In this document: in pieces, positions 33,976 to 44,188 of the stretch
Layout of the letters: the number at the start of each line of letters is the position of its first letter
Numbering within the stretch: the stretch's first letter is position 1
Origin: Clostridia bacterium
GTDB lineage: Bacteria; Bacillota; Clostridia; Christensenellales; UBA1242
Direction of reading: 5' to 3'
Length of the DNA stretch: 60,472 nucleotides
NCBI GenBank assembly: GCA_017398655.1
Contig: JAFQFI010000008.1
Coordinates: 1 to 60,472 of the forward strand
Program-made: the position numbers and the translations under genes
The notes under the pieces: model-generated
Databases searched by the model: none
Told to the model about the DNA's origin: nothing
Seen by the model: the letters and a program-made list of their open reading frames with translations, nothing else

Positions 33976-36402
33976 ATGTTAGATAAAAAATATGATTTTA
34001 AAACTGCCGAAAAGAAATGGCAAGAATATTGGCAACAAAACGGCACTTACAAATTTGATAAAGATAGTAAAAAACCAATTTATTCAATTGATACTCCACC
34101 ACCAACTGTTAATGGTAAAATTCACATTGGCCACATTTTTAGTTATAGCCAAGCAGAATTTATTGCAAGATACAAAAGAATGATGGGTTACAATGTTTTC
34201 TACCCATTTGGATTTGACGATAATGGCTTACCTACTGAGTTATTAGTAGAAAAAGAAAGGGGCTTAAAAGCATATACAGTTTCTCGTGAAGAATTTTCAA
34301 AAATGTGTATGGAAACTGTTGATAAATATGAAAAGAGCTTTAAAGATTTATTTATCTCTGTTGGTAACAGTGCAGATTGGTCACTTGCTTACCACACAGT
34401 TAGCCCAGATTGTCAAAAATCAAGCCAAATGTCTTTCTTAGACCTATACAAAAAAGGTAAAGTTTATTATGCAGAAGCACCAGCACTTTGGTGTACAAAA
34501 TGTGCAACAGCAATTGCTCAAAGTGAATTAGAAAGCGAAGAAAAAGAAAGTACTTTTAACTATTTAAAATTCTACATTGAAGGTAGCGATGATTATGTTG
34601 AAATTGCAACAACTCGTCCAGAACTTCTTTGTGCTTGTGATTGCATTTTTATCAATCCTAAAGACGAAAAGAATGCTCATTTGTTAGGCAAAAAAGTAAG
34701 AGTTCCATTATACAACTTTTATGTACCAGTAATGAGTGACGATAAAGTTGACCTTGACAAAGGTACTGGCGTTGTTATGTGCTGTACTTTTGGTGATCAA
34801 ACAGATACTCAATGGTTTAAAAAATACAACCTTGAACTTAAAGTTGCTATTGATGACTTAGGTCGTATGACAGCAATTGCTGGTAAATACGAAGGTATGA
34901 AAACAAAAGAAGCTCGTGCTGCAATTATTGAAGACCTTAAAGCAGAAGATTTACTTATTAAACAAGACCCTATTTCCCACCAAGTTTCTGTTCACGAAAG
35001 ATGTGGAACTGAAATGGAAATAAAACTTAAAAAACAATGGTTTATTAAAACTTTAGAAAATAAAGAAGAATGGATTAAAAAAGGCAACGAAGTTGAATGG
35101 CACCCAAGTTTTATGAAAGCCCGTTATATGGACTGGGTTGAAAACTTGATGATGGATTGGTGTATTTCTCGTCAAAAATACTTTGGCGTACCATTCCCAG
35201 TTTGGTATTGTAAAGATTGTGGTGAAATTATAGTAGCTGGCGAAGATGAACTTCCTGTTAACCCACTTACAACAAATCCAAAACATGCATGCCCAAAATG
35301 TGGTAGCAAAAATTACATTCCAGAAAGTGATATTATGGATACTTGGGCAACAAGTAGTATTACCCCACAAATCAACACAAAATGGAATGTTGATGACGAG
35401 TTTTACAAAAAGATGATGCCTATGACATTAAGACCTAATGCTCACGACATTATTAGAACTTGGGATTTTTACACAATTGTAAAATCTTTCTATCACTCAA
35501 ACTGCTTACCTTGGAAAAATGTTATGATTAGTGGCTTTATTATGGCAAGCCAAGGTCAAAAAATTTCAAAGAGTAAATCAAACTCAAAAAGCGATCCAAT
35601 TGATTTAATTAACACCCACTCTGCTGATGTTGTTAGATATTGGACAGCAACTGGTAGTTTAGGTAGAGATATTATCTTTAACGAAGATAAATTTAAAATT
35701 GGCGCAAGATTAACAAACAAAATCTTTAACGCAAGTAAATTTGTTTGGTTGTTCTTAGAAAATTATAAACCAAAGAAAAATACAAAATTAAAACCAATGG
35801 ATAAATGGATTCTTTCCAAATTCAATGAAATGAGAGAAAGATTTATCAGTTATTTTGAAAAATATGAAGTTGGTCTTGCAATGCAAGAACTTGAAAACTA
35901 TTTCTGGAACTTCTGCGATAACTACATTGAACTTGTAAAAGTAAGATTATATAATCCAGATATTTATGGCGAAGATGCAAAAGAAAGTGGACAATATGCT
36001 TGCTACCATGTATTACTTGAAATGCTTAAAATGTTTGGTATTTACCTTCCTCACATTACAGAAGAAGTTTATCAAAACACATTTAAAGATACAGTGGGTG
36101 CTCCTTCAATTCATAATATAGAATTAACTGCACTTCCTGTTGAAATTGACAAAGATTTAATTAAAAAAGGCGATGAAGTTTGTGATATAGTTTCTCAAAT
36201 AAGGGGCTATAAAACAGATAACAAACTTTCACAAAAAACAAAATTAACAAAAGCAACAATCACATCAAATAATACAGAGTTCTTTAAATCTGTAGAAGAT
36301 GATGTTAAAGCAGTTTCTTCTGCACAAGATATTGAATACCTTGAAGGCAACACTGCTGTTGAAATTGCAGGTTTTATTGTAGAAGAAAAAGAATCAAAAT
36401 AA
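33976..36402 (+). CDS. valS: valine--tRNA ligase
   Basis: 808 aa. HIGH-type GKIHIGH, editing-domain ATTRPE, and KISKS (KMSKS-type). Confidence 0.75.
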   Translation: MLDKKYDFKTAEKKWQEYWQQNGTYKFDKDSKKPIYSIDTPPPTVNGKIHIGHIFSYSQAEFIARYKRMMGYNVFYPFGFDDNGLPTELLVEKERGLKAYTVSREEFSKMCMETVDKYEKSFKDLFISVGNSADWSLAYHTVSPDCQKSSQMSFLDLYKKGKVYYAEAPALWCTKCATAIAQSELESEEKESTFNYLKFYIEGSDDYVEIATTRPELLCACDCIFINPKDEKNAHLLGKKVRVPLYNFYVPVMSDDKVDLDKGTGVVMCCTFGDQTDTQWFKKYNLELKVAIDDLGRMTAIAGKYEGMKTKEARAAIIEDLKAEDLLIKQDPISHQVSVHERCGTEMEIKLKKQWFIKTLENKEEWIKKGNEVEWHPSFMKARYMDWVENLMMDWCISRQKYFGVPFPVWYCKDCGEIIVAGEDELPVNPLTTNPKHACPKCGSKNYIPESDIMDTWATSSITPQINTKWNVDDEFYKKMMPMTLRPNAHDIIRTWDFYTIVKSFYHSNCLPWKNVMISGFIMASQGQKISKSKSNSKSDPIDLINTHSADVVRYWTATGSLGRDIIFNEDKFKIGARLTNKIFNASKFVWLFLENYKPKKNTKLKPMDKWILSKFNEMRERFISYFEKYEVGLAMQELENYFWNFCDNYIELVKVRLYNPDIYGEDAKESGQYACYHVLLEMLKMFGIYLPHITEEVYQNTFKDTVGAPSIHNIELTALPVEIDKDLIKKGDEVCDIVSQIRGYKTDNKLSQKTKLTKATITSNNTEFFKSVEDDVKAVSSAQDIEYLEGNTAVEIAGFIVEEKESK

Positions 36403-36512
36403 TTTATTAAAACAAAAAGAGTAAGTACAAAACTTACTCTTTTTTATATTAAATTGACATAATTATACATATATCTTAAAATGATTATGAAAAACATAAG
36501 GAGATAAAAATT

Positions 36513-37160
36513 ATGAAAACTTTTTTTTCTAACATTGCAAAAACAAAAAAAGGTAAAGTTCAGCTTTTAACAATGGCACTTTCTACCCTACTTGCTGTTA
36601 TTTTTACAATTATTTTAATTGTTTTTGGCGCACAACAATGCAAATATGGTTCTGCATATAAATTTGAAATGAATACTATGGGATATTCCGTGTCAGAAGA
36701 AATAACACTAAATGAAAATGGGACTGCTACATCTGTTGGTGTTACTGGAACAGATGTTATGACTGCTACAGCACAATATTTTATTTCTGATGGTAAACTA
36801 TTTATAAAGGGCCAAGGATCAACAGAATATAAATTATTTGGTAAAATTTCATACTACGAAATTAAAGTGACTGTTGATGGTTATACTATGTCTTTACAAT
36901 GTGAAGATACTATTACTGCAAAAAATGTTTGTATAACATTTTTAGTACTTTCACTTGTAGCAATTGCAAGTATGATTGCTTGGATTTTAATTGAAAAATA
37001 TTTAAAAAACAGAAAACCTGCTACTCAAAATGTAGTATCAACACCTACTGACAATAACGAAAAAGAAACAGCACAAACTGAAACTAAAGAAGAAACAGTG
37101 GAAGAACCTAAGGAAGTAGAAAAAGAAACTACAAGTACTGATACTTCTGCAAAAGAATAA
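36513..37160 (+). CDS. hypothetical membrane protein
   Basis: 215 aa. N-terminal and near-C-terminal TM helices, and an acidic T/E-rich tail. Confidence 0.5.
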   Translation: MKTFFSNIAKTKKGKVQLLTMALSTLLAVIFTIILIVFGAQQCKYGSAYKFEMNTMGYSVSEEITLNENGTATSVGVTGTDVMTATAQYFISDGKLFIKGQGSTEYKLFGKISYYEIKVTVDGYTMSLQCEDTITAKNVCITFLVLSLVAIASMIAWILIEKYLKNRKPATQNVVSTPTDNNEKETAQTETKEETVEEPKEVEKETTSTDTSAKE

Positions 37161-37200
37161 TAAAAAAATAAAAGAGTAAGTTTAAAATCTTACTCTTTTT

Positions 37201-38361
37201 TTATAAAATATTTTTTATTATTGGTATTTTTTTTATTAAATAACTTAACCCAAAACAAATTAAAATTATTGCAAATGAGTATATTACTGCAAACCAAAAA
37301 CTACATAATATTGGTACTTGTTTAATAAAACCTTTTGTTAAATCAATTAAAATTAAATGTATAAAATAAATCCCTAAAGTATTGCCGGAAATATTTTTAA
37401 TTGTGTTATTTAAAAATTTAAATTTCCCTTTATAATTAATACATAATATAAAAATAGCTATAACATTTATTAAACTAAAAATGGTATCATATCCTTCCCA
37501 TACAATATCATACATAGAACCTTGATTAAAAGAAGTAAATACTCCAAACAAAAATAATAAGGTACAAGAAATTACTATACTAATTACAGCAACTATATTT
37601 CTCTTTTTTACACTTATTTTCATTATTTTTGGTAACCATAAATATAAAAGTCCACCTAAACAAAAATAAACAAACGAATAAGCATAAGGACCAAATACAC
37701 TAAAATATGAAAACAAATTGAAGTTTAAATTTATTTGATAATTAAAAATTAAATTGCTAAAAACACTTACAAGCATATTAAAAAAACGACTGCCAAAACT
37801 AAAAATAAAACAGATAATTATAAAATAAATGAAAATTTTATTATACTTATCAAAAGCTATTTTTAACAATGGAAAAATTAAATAAATACAAATTAATGCT
37901 CTTAAAAACCAAAGGTGATTAGTCCATGTTTGCTTTAATGTAAAACTATATTCAAGTATTTGGTTAAAAGATAAACTTTCTCCTCTAATCAACATTAAAA
38001 AAAGCGTTGTTATTAGTCCCCATATAACCATTAATATTAAAAATTTTAATATCTTAAACAAATGCTTTTTCAAATTAAATTCTTTTTGAAAAAGTAAAAA
38101 GCCATTAGCAACAAAAAACAGTGGACAACAGGTAGAAAGAAGCGCTCTTAAAAAGTATCTTAAGTAATATAAAAAACTACTTTCTTGTAAAAAATTTAAA
38201 GCGTAAATAGTAGAGTGATATAAAACAACAAAAAATATAGCAATAAACTCTAATAAATCTATAAAGTTATATCTTTCTTTTTTTATTGCAGTATTTATAC
38301 TGTTACTTTTATCTATGTTTTCATTTTTTACAACAACTTCACTCATATTGTAACAATACAT
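37201..38361 (-). CDS. acyltransferase family 3 (integral membrane)
   Basis: ~386 aa with about 10 TM helices, typical of the acyltransferase_3/OatA-like family. The start codon is uncertain (38361 or 38346). Confidence 0.65.
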   Translation of the reverse strand: MYCYNMSEVVVKNENIDKSNSINTAIKKERYNFIDLLEFIAIFFVVLYHSTIYALNFLQESSFLYYLRYFLRALLSTCCPLFFVANGFLLFQKEFNLKKHLFKILKFLILMVIWGLITTLFLMLIRGESLSFNQILEYSFTLKQTWTNHLWFLRALICIYLIFPLLKIAFDKYNKIFIYFIIICFIFSFGSRFFNMLVSVFSNLIFNYQINLNFNLFSYFSVFGPYAYSFVYFCLGGLLYLWLPKIMKISVKKRNIVAVISIVISCTLLFLFGVFTSFNQGSMYDIVWEGYDTIFSLINVIAIFILCINYKGKFKFLNNTIKNISGNTLGIYFIHLILIDLTKGFIKQVPILCSFWFAVIYSFAIILICFGLSYLIKKIPIIKNIL

Positions 38362-38437
38362 CACTTTGTGATGTAGGTCAATTATTTTACATCATTTTGT
38401 GGTGTATTAAAAGAATAATACATCACTTTGTGATATA
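38357..38437. promoter_or_regulatory. three phased palindromic operators
   Basis: TACATCAC-TTT-GTGATGTA at 38357, with near-copies at 38388 and 38419 (31-bp spacing). The last copy overlaps a TATAAT 6 nt from the HTH gene's ATG. Confidence 0.55.
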
Positions 38438-38446
38438 TAATAAAAT

Positions 38447-38659
38447 ATGAATTTATCTCAAAAAGTCGGCAAAAATATAAGTGAAGCAAGAAAATCAAAG
38501 GGGTTAACTCAAACACAGTTAGCCCAATATTTACATATGACCCAACAACAATATAGCCGATTTGAAACCGGCAAATTTGAACTTAATTATCAACAAATTT
38601 ATGATATTTGTAAATTATTAGATACAACCCCAAACGAATTGTTTGAAATAGATTTTTAA
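38447..38659 (+). CDS. XRE-family HTH regulator
   Basis: 70 aa. Motif QTQLAQYLHMTQQQYSRFETG. Confidence 0.8.
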   Translation: MNLSQKVGKNISEARKSKGLTQTQLAQYLHMTQQQYSRFETGKFELNYQQIYDICKLLDTTPNELFEIDF

Positions 38660-38730
38660 AAAACAAAAAAAGAGTAAGTACAAAAACTTACTCTTTTTAT
38701 TATTAACCTTAAAATTTTTATATTTATTTT

Positions 38731-39327
38731 TTACTTATTTTCTTCTCTTAATTTTTTAATATACTCTTGGTTGGTATAAAAAACATCGTCCCAAGGCATA
38801 TATTCTTCTGGGTTTGCTTGAAGAATAAAGGCAGGTTCTGTAATTAATGCTTCTTTAAACATTTTATAAATTTTTGATATTTCTGTTTCAAAATTATTTT
38901 GTTTAATAAATTCTTCATATAAAGGCAAACTTTCTTCTTCTGTTAAATCTTGTACTATTTCTTCATATTTTTGAGCAAATATAAGCAAATTATCAAAAGT
39001 TCCTTTATTAAAATAATAACTTAATGTTTTACATACTGCCATTAAATTAAAAAATTCTTTTACATTTTTTGCAATAATACCACAGCCACCTTCACTTGAA
39101 ATGTAGCCAACATACTCATCATCTAATAAGCAAAATACCCCACCCATAGAATCTTTGCCAAATGGATAAATTTGGTAATTACTTTCTTCCCCACAAATTA
39201 AAATATCTTCTTTTACATTTAAATCATCTCTAAAATTAAAATCACATTCATTTCTAAAAGTAGTTTCTAATTTTTCGTTACTTTCAATTTGTTTTCTATA
39301 TTCATTTAAAAGTTCTTTATTATCCAT
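38731..39327 (-). CDS. hypothetical protein (possibly SUKH/SMI1-KNR4-like)
   Basis: 198 aa. FGKDSMGGVFCLLDD...GIIAKNVKEFF weakly resembles SUKH-type immunity domains. Confidence 0.3.
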   Translation of the reverse strand: MDNKELLNEYRKQIESNEKLETTFRNECDFNFRDDLNVKEDILICGEESNYQIYPFGKDSMGGVFCLLDDEYVGYISSEGGCGIIAKNVKEFFNLMAVCKTLSYYFNKGTFDNLLIFAQKYEEIVQDLTEEESLPLYEEFIKQNNFETEISKIYKMFKEALITEPAFILQANPEEYMPWDDVFYTNQEYIKKLREENK

Positions 39328-39442
39328 ACTCTTTTCCTTTTTTTTATTTAATAAAATTGTAACAAAATAAAAAAATATAACAAAATAATTTTATATAAAT
39401 TAGCATAAAAAAAGCAAGTTATAATCACTTGCCTTTTATTGT

Positions 39443-40150
39443 TTAACTAAAGTTTTTTAAATTTTCTTTATCTTTCATTTTTCTTGCAATATACACTGCC
39501 GGGGTGTCGAGTAATGAAGTAAAAATGTATATAACATAACTTGAAATCATTATATTTATTAATGTATTAATATCATACCAACCAGCAAATGAAATTGTAG
39601 TAAAAATTATTGTGTTTAAAAGTTGAGAAATTAATGTAGAACCATTATTTCTAAGCCACAAAAATTTTCTTTTATTTCCTGTTTTATTTTCTGTAAATTT
39701 CCACCAAGAGTGATAAAGCCAAACATCAAATAATTGAGATACAATATAACCAGCAATGCTACCTAATATAAGTCGTGGAGTTGTTGCAAAAATTGTATTT
39801 ATATACACTTTTGCCCAATCACTTTCGGCTGGAATATAAAGTCGCATATACTGAGTAAAAACAAGCATAACAATTGAAGTAAAAACACCAATCCAAACAG
39901 CTTTAGATGCCGACTTTTTACCTTCGTTTTCACTTAAAATATCTGTAATTAAATAAGTAGAAGCAAACATAACATTACCTAAAGTTTGCTCTAAACCAAA
40001 AGCATTTACTAAAATTAAAACTTCTATGTTTGCTATGATTGTAGAAATAACCATCATAACATAAAGCCCTGTTTTACTAAATAACTTATATGACAATAAA
40101 ACAAGACCATAAATAATTATAACAGAACCTATGAGCAAAAGTTCATTCAT
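39443..40150 (-). CDS. yhhQ: VUT/YhhQ-family queuosine-precursor transporter
   Basis: Start MNELLL at 40150 after AAGGAGA. Multi-TM, with ITDILSENEGKK similar to the YhhQ signature. Confidence 0.65.
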   Translation of the reverse strand: MNELLLIGSVIIIYGLVLLSYKLFSKTGLYVMMVISTIIANIEVLILVNAFGLEQTLGNVMFASTYLITDILSENEGKKSASKAVWIGVFTSIVMLVFTQYMRLYIPAESDWAKVYINTIFATTPRLILGSIAGYIVSQLFDVWLYHSWWKFTENKTGNKRKFLWLRNNGSTLISQLLNTIIFTTISFAGWYDINTLINIMISSYVIYIFTSLLDTPAVYIARKMKDKENLKNFS

Positions 40151-40307
40151 AATTTTCTCCTTATTTACAACTAAAATAAATAATATATTTTTGTAAAACA
40201 AAAAACAACTAAAAATAAAAAAAGGAATTTCAGATAAAATAGAAGATAATTCTATAAATTAACAATAAATAGTCAATTAAGATACTTTTTATATTTTTAA
40301 GTACATG

Positions 40308-40336
40308 TTGATTTTTTATTAATTTTATATTATAAT
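40308..40336 (+). promoter_or_regulatory. sigma-A-type promoter of a small transcript
   Basis: TTGATT, 17-nt spacer, TATAAT. Confidence 0.55.
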
Positions 40337-40395
40337 AAAAATGCTTAAAATTTAGGTGTTAAAAATTTTAAGTATTGTGCAAAGGTGGTGATGAT

Positions 40396-40470
40396 ATGTT
40401 AATAGAAGGTTTGATATATTATTCCGGCTCCCAAATAACACCGTGGGACACCACCTTATTCAAAAATTAA
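40396..40470 (+). CDS. possible 24-aa peptide (MLIEGLIYYSGSQITPWDTTLFKN)
   Basis: SD AAAGGTGGTGA lies 5 nt upstream and a terminator follows directly. The SD can pair with CACCACCTT inside the ORF. Confidence 0.3.
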   Translation: MLIEGLIYYSGSQITPWDTTLFKN

Positions 40471-40500
40471 AGAGTCCATAATTTTATGGATTCTTTTTTT
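40471..40500 (+). terminator. rho-independent terminator
   Basis: Hairpin GAGTCCATA-N-TATGGATTC followed by a T-run. Confidence 0.6.
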
Positions 40501-40632
40501 ATATATTTCCATATTTCTTACATTAGATATTACAGAAAAAAACAGATAAACAATTAGTTTCACACAAACGGAAGTGCCTTTAATAGTAAAAAAAATAAAG
40601 TGTGAACTTAATCACACCTTATTTTTTTAAAT

Positions 40633-40708
<76 letters not shown>

Positions 40709-40928
40709 ATATAAAAACAATGGTATTATATCAAAGCAATACTTTGCTGTCAAGTACATTTTTTGTAAGATTTTGTTTTTTAATTTTAACTATAATCTAT
40801 TATATTATTATTTTTTTTATATTATTACATTTATTATAAATTTTATTTTTTTTTAGTTTATTTAGTTTTTTTATTTGGTTAAATCCTTATATAAAAAAGC
40901 CCACAAATTGTGAACTTTTTTATTACCT

Positions 40929-41492
40929 TTAACCTAACACTGGTTGTATTTGATTTTTATTTATTGCTTCTTTTAAAGTTTCTTTAATTTTATCCCAACA
41001 AACCATTAATGATTTTGGTTTATTTGTTGGGTCATCTTGTTTAAATGGTACAAAATACACATTTTTACTATTCATAAGTGTTGCAATATTTTTTAAATTT
41101 AAACCTAAGCCATCGTTTGAAGCAATGCCAATTACAATAGGTCTATTATTTCTCATTAAAGATTTTGCAGTCATAGTAACAGCATTATCTGTTATTGCAT
41201 TTGCCAGTTTTGCAAGAGTGTTACCTGTACATGGGGCTACAACTAAAACATCAATCATATTTTTAGGACCAAGAGGTTCTGCATCAACTATACTTGCAAC
41301 AATTTCATTTTTTGTTATTTGTTTTAATTCTTTTAAAAATTTTTCTGAAGAACCAAAGCGTGTATTTGTTTTACCAACTACATCAGTGATTATTGGAATA
41401 ACATTATATCCGTCATCAACAAGTTGTTTAACAGCAACCAAAGCTTTATCGTGCGTGCAAAACGAACCTGTAATGCCAAATCCTATATTCAT
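40929..41492 (-). CDS. dpaB: dipicolinate synthase subunit B
   Basis: 187 aa. Collinear with B. subtilis SpoVFB (GFG.TGS.CT..., AEPLGPK, NNRP.V.GI.SND.LG). Confidence 0.85.
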   Translation of the reverse strand: MNIGFGITGSFCTHDKALVAVKQLVDDGYNVIPIITDVVGKTNTRFGSSEKFLKELKQITKNEIVASIVDAEPLGPKNMIDVLVVAPCTGNTLAKLANAITDNAVTMTAKSLMRNNRPIVIGIASNDGLGLNLKNIATLMNSKNVYFVPFKQDDPTNKPKSLMVCWDKIKETLKEAINKNQIQPVLG

Positions 41493-41509
41493 TAATTTTC
41501 TCCTTTTTG

Positions 41510-42265
41510 TTATAGATAAAGATTTAATATTTCAATCATTAAATCTGCAGCCGTTTTAGGCGTGTATTTAGAAGGTAATGCTGGACACAACACATAATTG
41601 AAGTTTTGTGTAGATACGCCTTCTAAGCATTGTTTTGAGGCCAATTCAAATACATAACAATCTTTTTTAAACTTATTTGCGTCGTTTTTATTAAATATAA
41701 CTGCAGGGATTGTGTTTATAACAACATCATAATTTTTTAATGCATTTTTATAACTATCGCCTAAAATACATTTTCTTGCAAAAAGTTTTGCATGGTTATA
41801 CTCTTTTTCGTTTCTCATTGCAAAATCAAAAGTTAAACCAAGTTTGTAAAATAAGTATCCTACTGCTTTTGCCACTCTGCCACTACCAAGAATTAAAATT
41901 TGTTGATTATACATACTTGACTTTGTATTTAAAATTAAATCACCTAAAAAACCTTCTGCTGTTAATGTTGCATTTTTTAAAACAAAATCTTCGTGTGCCA
42001 TAAAATTAATGTATTTTATGTTTTTGTTATTTATTTCTTTTAAAAATTCTTCGGAAATATTGCCTGCAAAAATAGTTATGTTACTTGGCAAATCATTAAC
42101 CAAAGTTTCACTCCACTTAAAAGCAGGAGAAACAATAATAACATCTTCTGAGTTTATGTTAGATACATCTTCTTTATTAAAGTTTTCAACTTGTTTTTTT
42201 TGTTGTTGCAAATACTCTTTTACAAAAGGTAAACGCTTGTCAGTTAAATCTAAAAAAAATTTCAT
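41510..42265 (-). CDS. dpaA: dipicolinate synthase subunit A
   Basis: 251 aa. Rossmann motif ILGSGRVAKAVG, and position immediately upstream of dpaB. Confidence 0.7.
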   Translation of the reverse strand: MKFFLDLTDKRLPFVKEYLQQQKKQVENFNKEDVSNINSEDVIIVSPAFKWSETLVNDLPSNITIFAGNISEEFLKEINNKNIKYINFMAHEDFVLKNATLTAEGFLGDLILNTKSSMYNQQILILGSGRVAKAVGYLFYKLGLTFDFAMRNEKEYNHAKLFARKCILGDSYKNALKNYDVVINTIPAVIFNKNDANKFKKDCYVFELASKQCLEGVSTQNFNYVLCPALPSKYTPKTAADLMIEILNLYL

Positions 42266-42441
42266 ATATTAAATTTCCTTTTCAAATCACTTTATGTTTA
42301 TAATTAAAAATTTGATACTAATAAAAATATCAATTTAAAAAACAATTTATGATTATTTTTTTGTAAATACTTTTAAAAATAAAAAATGAAAAACTTTTTT
42401 ATGCGTTAACATTAATTAAAATAAAAAAATACAATGGTAAT

Positions 42442-43404
42442 ATGAACAAACATTTTTTAGCATCAGCAAATACCTGTCAAGGTTTTAAAAATAAATTTAA
42501 TAATATAAACACATCAAATAATGGTTTTACTTTTATATTAAAAGGTGGACCGGGCACAGGCAAAAGCACAATAATGAAACGCTTTGGCAAAAGATATGAA
42601 GACAAGGGTTATAATGTAGAATACTTTTATTGTTCTTCTGACCCAGAAAGTTTAGACGGAGTTTTTGTGCCTAAGAAAAAAATTTCTATTGTAGATGGCA
42701 CTGCACCACATATAACCGAAGCAACTATGGTAGGCATAAAAGAAAAAATTATAAATGTAGGAGAATTTATTAAACCAAGCATTAAAAAATATAAAAAGAT
42801 AATTGAAGAAAATTTACAAAAAAAGAGTATGTGTTTTAAACTTGCCTATAGTTATTTAAGTGCAGTATCTTCTCTTATTAAATGTGAAGAAATAGAAAAC
42901 GAAAAACAAAAAAGAACTCCACCTTTTAATTTTAAAGAAATAGTTTCGCTATTACCTCAAAACAATAAAGGCAAAAAAAGAGAGTTGTTTTGTAGTTATG
43001 TTTCAAGTAAAGGATTAAAATACTTATATCATAAAAACAGATATAAAGAAGTTATACCACTAAAAGGAAACTATTTTGAAAACACAAAAATCTTAAGCGA
43101 TATTGAAAAAAGTTTAGAAGAAAATAACTATAACTTTATTTGCTTTAAATCCATTTTAAATCCAGATTTAAACGAAGCAATTTTTGTAGAAAACACCCAA
43201 ACTCTCGTTTTAAGTTTTAACCCTAAAAACGATTATTTTGAAAATTTTAAAAATAAAAATACTATTAAAAAACTTTTATGCATTGCTGGCAAAAATATAG
43301 AAAAAGCAAAATATTATCATAAAAAAGTTGAAAAATATTATATAGAAAATATGGATTTTAACGCTTTATCAAATTATACAAAAAGCGTTGAAAAATATCT
43401 TTGA
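42442..43404 (+). CDS. P-loop ATPase (PRK06851-like)
   Basis: 320 aa. N-terminal HFLASANTCQGF and Walker A GGPGTGKST. Confidence 0.45.
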   Translation: MNKHFLASANTCQGFKNKFNNINTSNNGFTFILKGGPGTGKSTIMKRFGKRYEDKGYNVEYFYCSSDPESLDGVFVPKKKISIVDGTAPHITEATMVGIKEKIINVGEFIKPSIKKYKKIIEENLQKKSMCFKLAYSYLSAVSSLIKCEEIENEKQKRTPPFNFKEIVSLLPQNNKGKKRELFCSYVSSKGLKYLYHKNRYKEVIPLKGNYFENTKILSDIEKSLEENNYNFICFKSILNPDLNEAIFVENTQTLVLSFNPKNDYFENFKNKNTIKKLLCIAGKNIEKAKYYHKKVEKYYIENMDFNALSNYTKSVEKYL

Positions 43405-43738
43405 TTTTTAGTTTAATTTTAACTTAATTTTAACAAGGTTCTACAATTAATTTAAATAAAAAAAACAACTTTCAAATATTAAATACAAGTTGTTTTTTAT
43501 TTTTATTAAATATTACTTTATATTTTTTTAGATTTTTATTTTACATCTTTATTTGATATTTTTTATTATTTAATTTATTATTTATTTCTTAATTAATTTA
43601 TTTTTATTTCTTAATTAATTTATATTTATTTTTAAATTAATTAAATTTATATTTATTTTTGTTATATTTAATTTAAAAAACTATTTATTCTCCTTTATTT
43701 ATGCGTATTTTATTAATAAAAGAATAATTAATTTTTAA

Positions 43739-44188
43739 TTAATATTTAAAAAACTCAATGGTCGGTTTTTTATTTTTTTGTAAAGACAAAATACCATAAT
43801 CATTATTTTTAAAACTACCCGGATTAATTAAATAAATATTATCAATTTCTTCGCATAATTGTTTATGAGTGTGACCATAACAAACAATATTACAATAATT
43901 TTCTTTTGCTTTTTTTAACATTAAAAGTGTGGTTAATTTTGCCTTATATTCGTGACCATGAGTAATCATAATTTTAAAGCCCTCAATTTCTAAAAATTGA
44001 GTGATTGCTTCAAAATTAAAAAGGTCACAATTTCCACTTACCTTTTTTAAATTATCTTCATCTATATTTTCAAAATCTCTAAGCCCATCGCCCATAAAAA
44101 ATATATAATCAAAGTTATTAGAAAATATTAAATCTTCTATTTTACTTCTACTACCGTGACTATCGCTTAGCAAACAAATTCTTTTCAA
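43739..44188 (-). CDS. YfcE/MJ0936-family metallophosphoesterase
   Basis: 149 aa. Motifs LSDSHG, GDG, GNCD, HGH and GHTH. Confidence 0.8.
   Translation of the reverse strand: MKRICLLSDSHGSRSKIEDLIFSNNFDYIFFMGDGLRDFENIDEDNLKKVSGNCDLFNFEAITQFLEIEGFKIMITHGHEYKAKLTTLLMLKKAKENYCNIVCYGHTHKQLCEEIDNIYLINPGSFKNNDYGILSLQKNKKPTIEFFKY

Noticed and set aside
40151-40330. preQ1 riboswitch upstream of the YhhQ-like transporter
   Set aside because: I looked for the preQ1-I/II core (…CCC…TAAAAAACTA…-type) on the minus strand. I found only AT-rich promoter-like sequence.
41125-41559. 144-aa ORF antisense to dpaB
   Set aside because: It overlaps a confidently identified gene on the opposite strand, and no independent signals support it.
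43405-43740. CRISPR array or other spaced repeat
   Set aside because: The repeats are contiguous low-complexity A/T units without unique spacers. No cas genes are present in the window.
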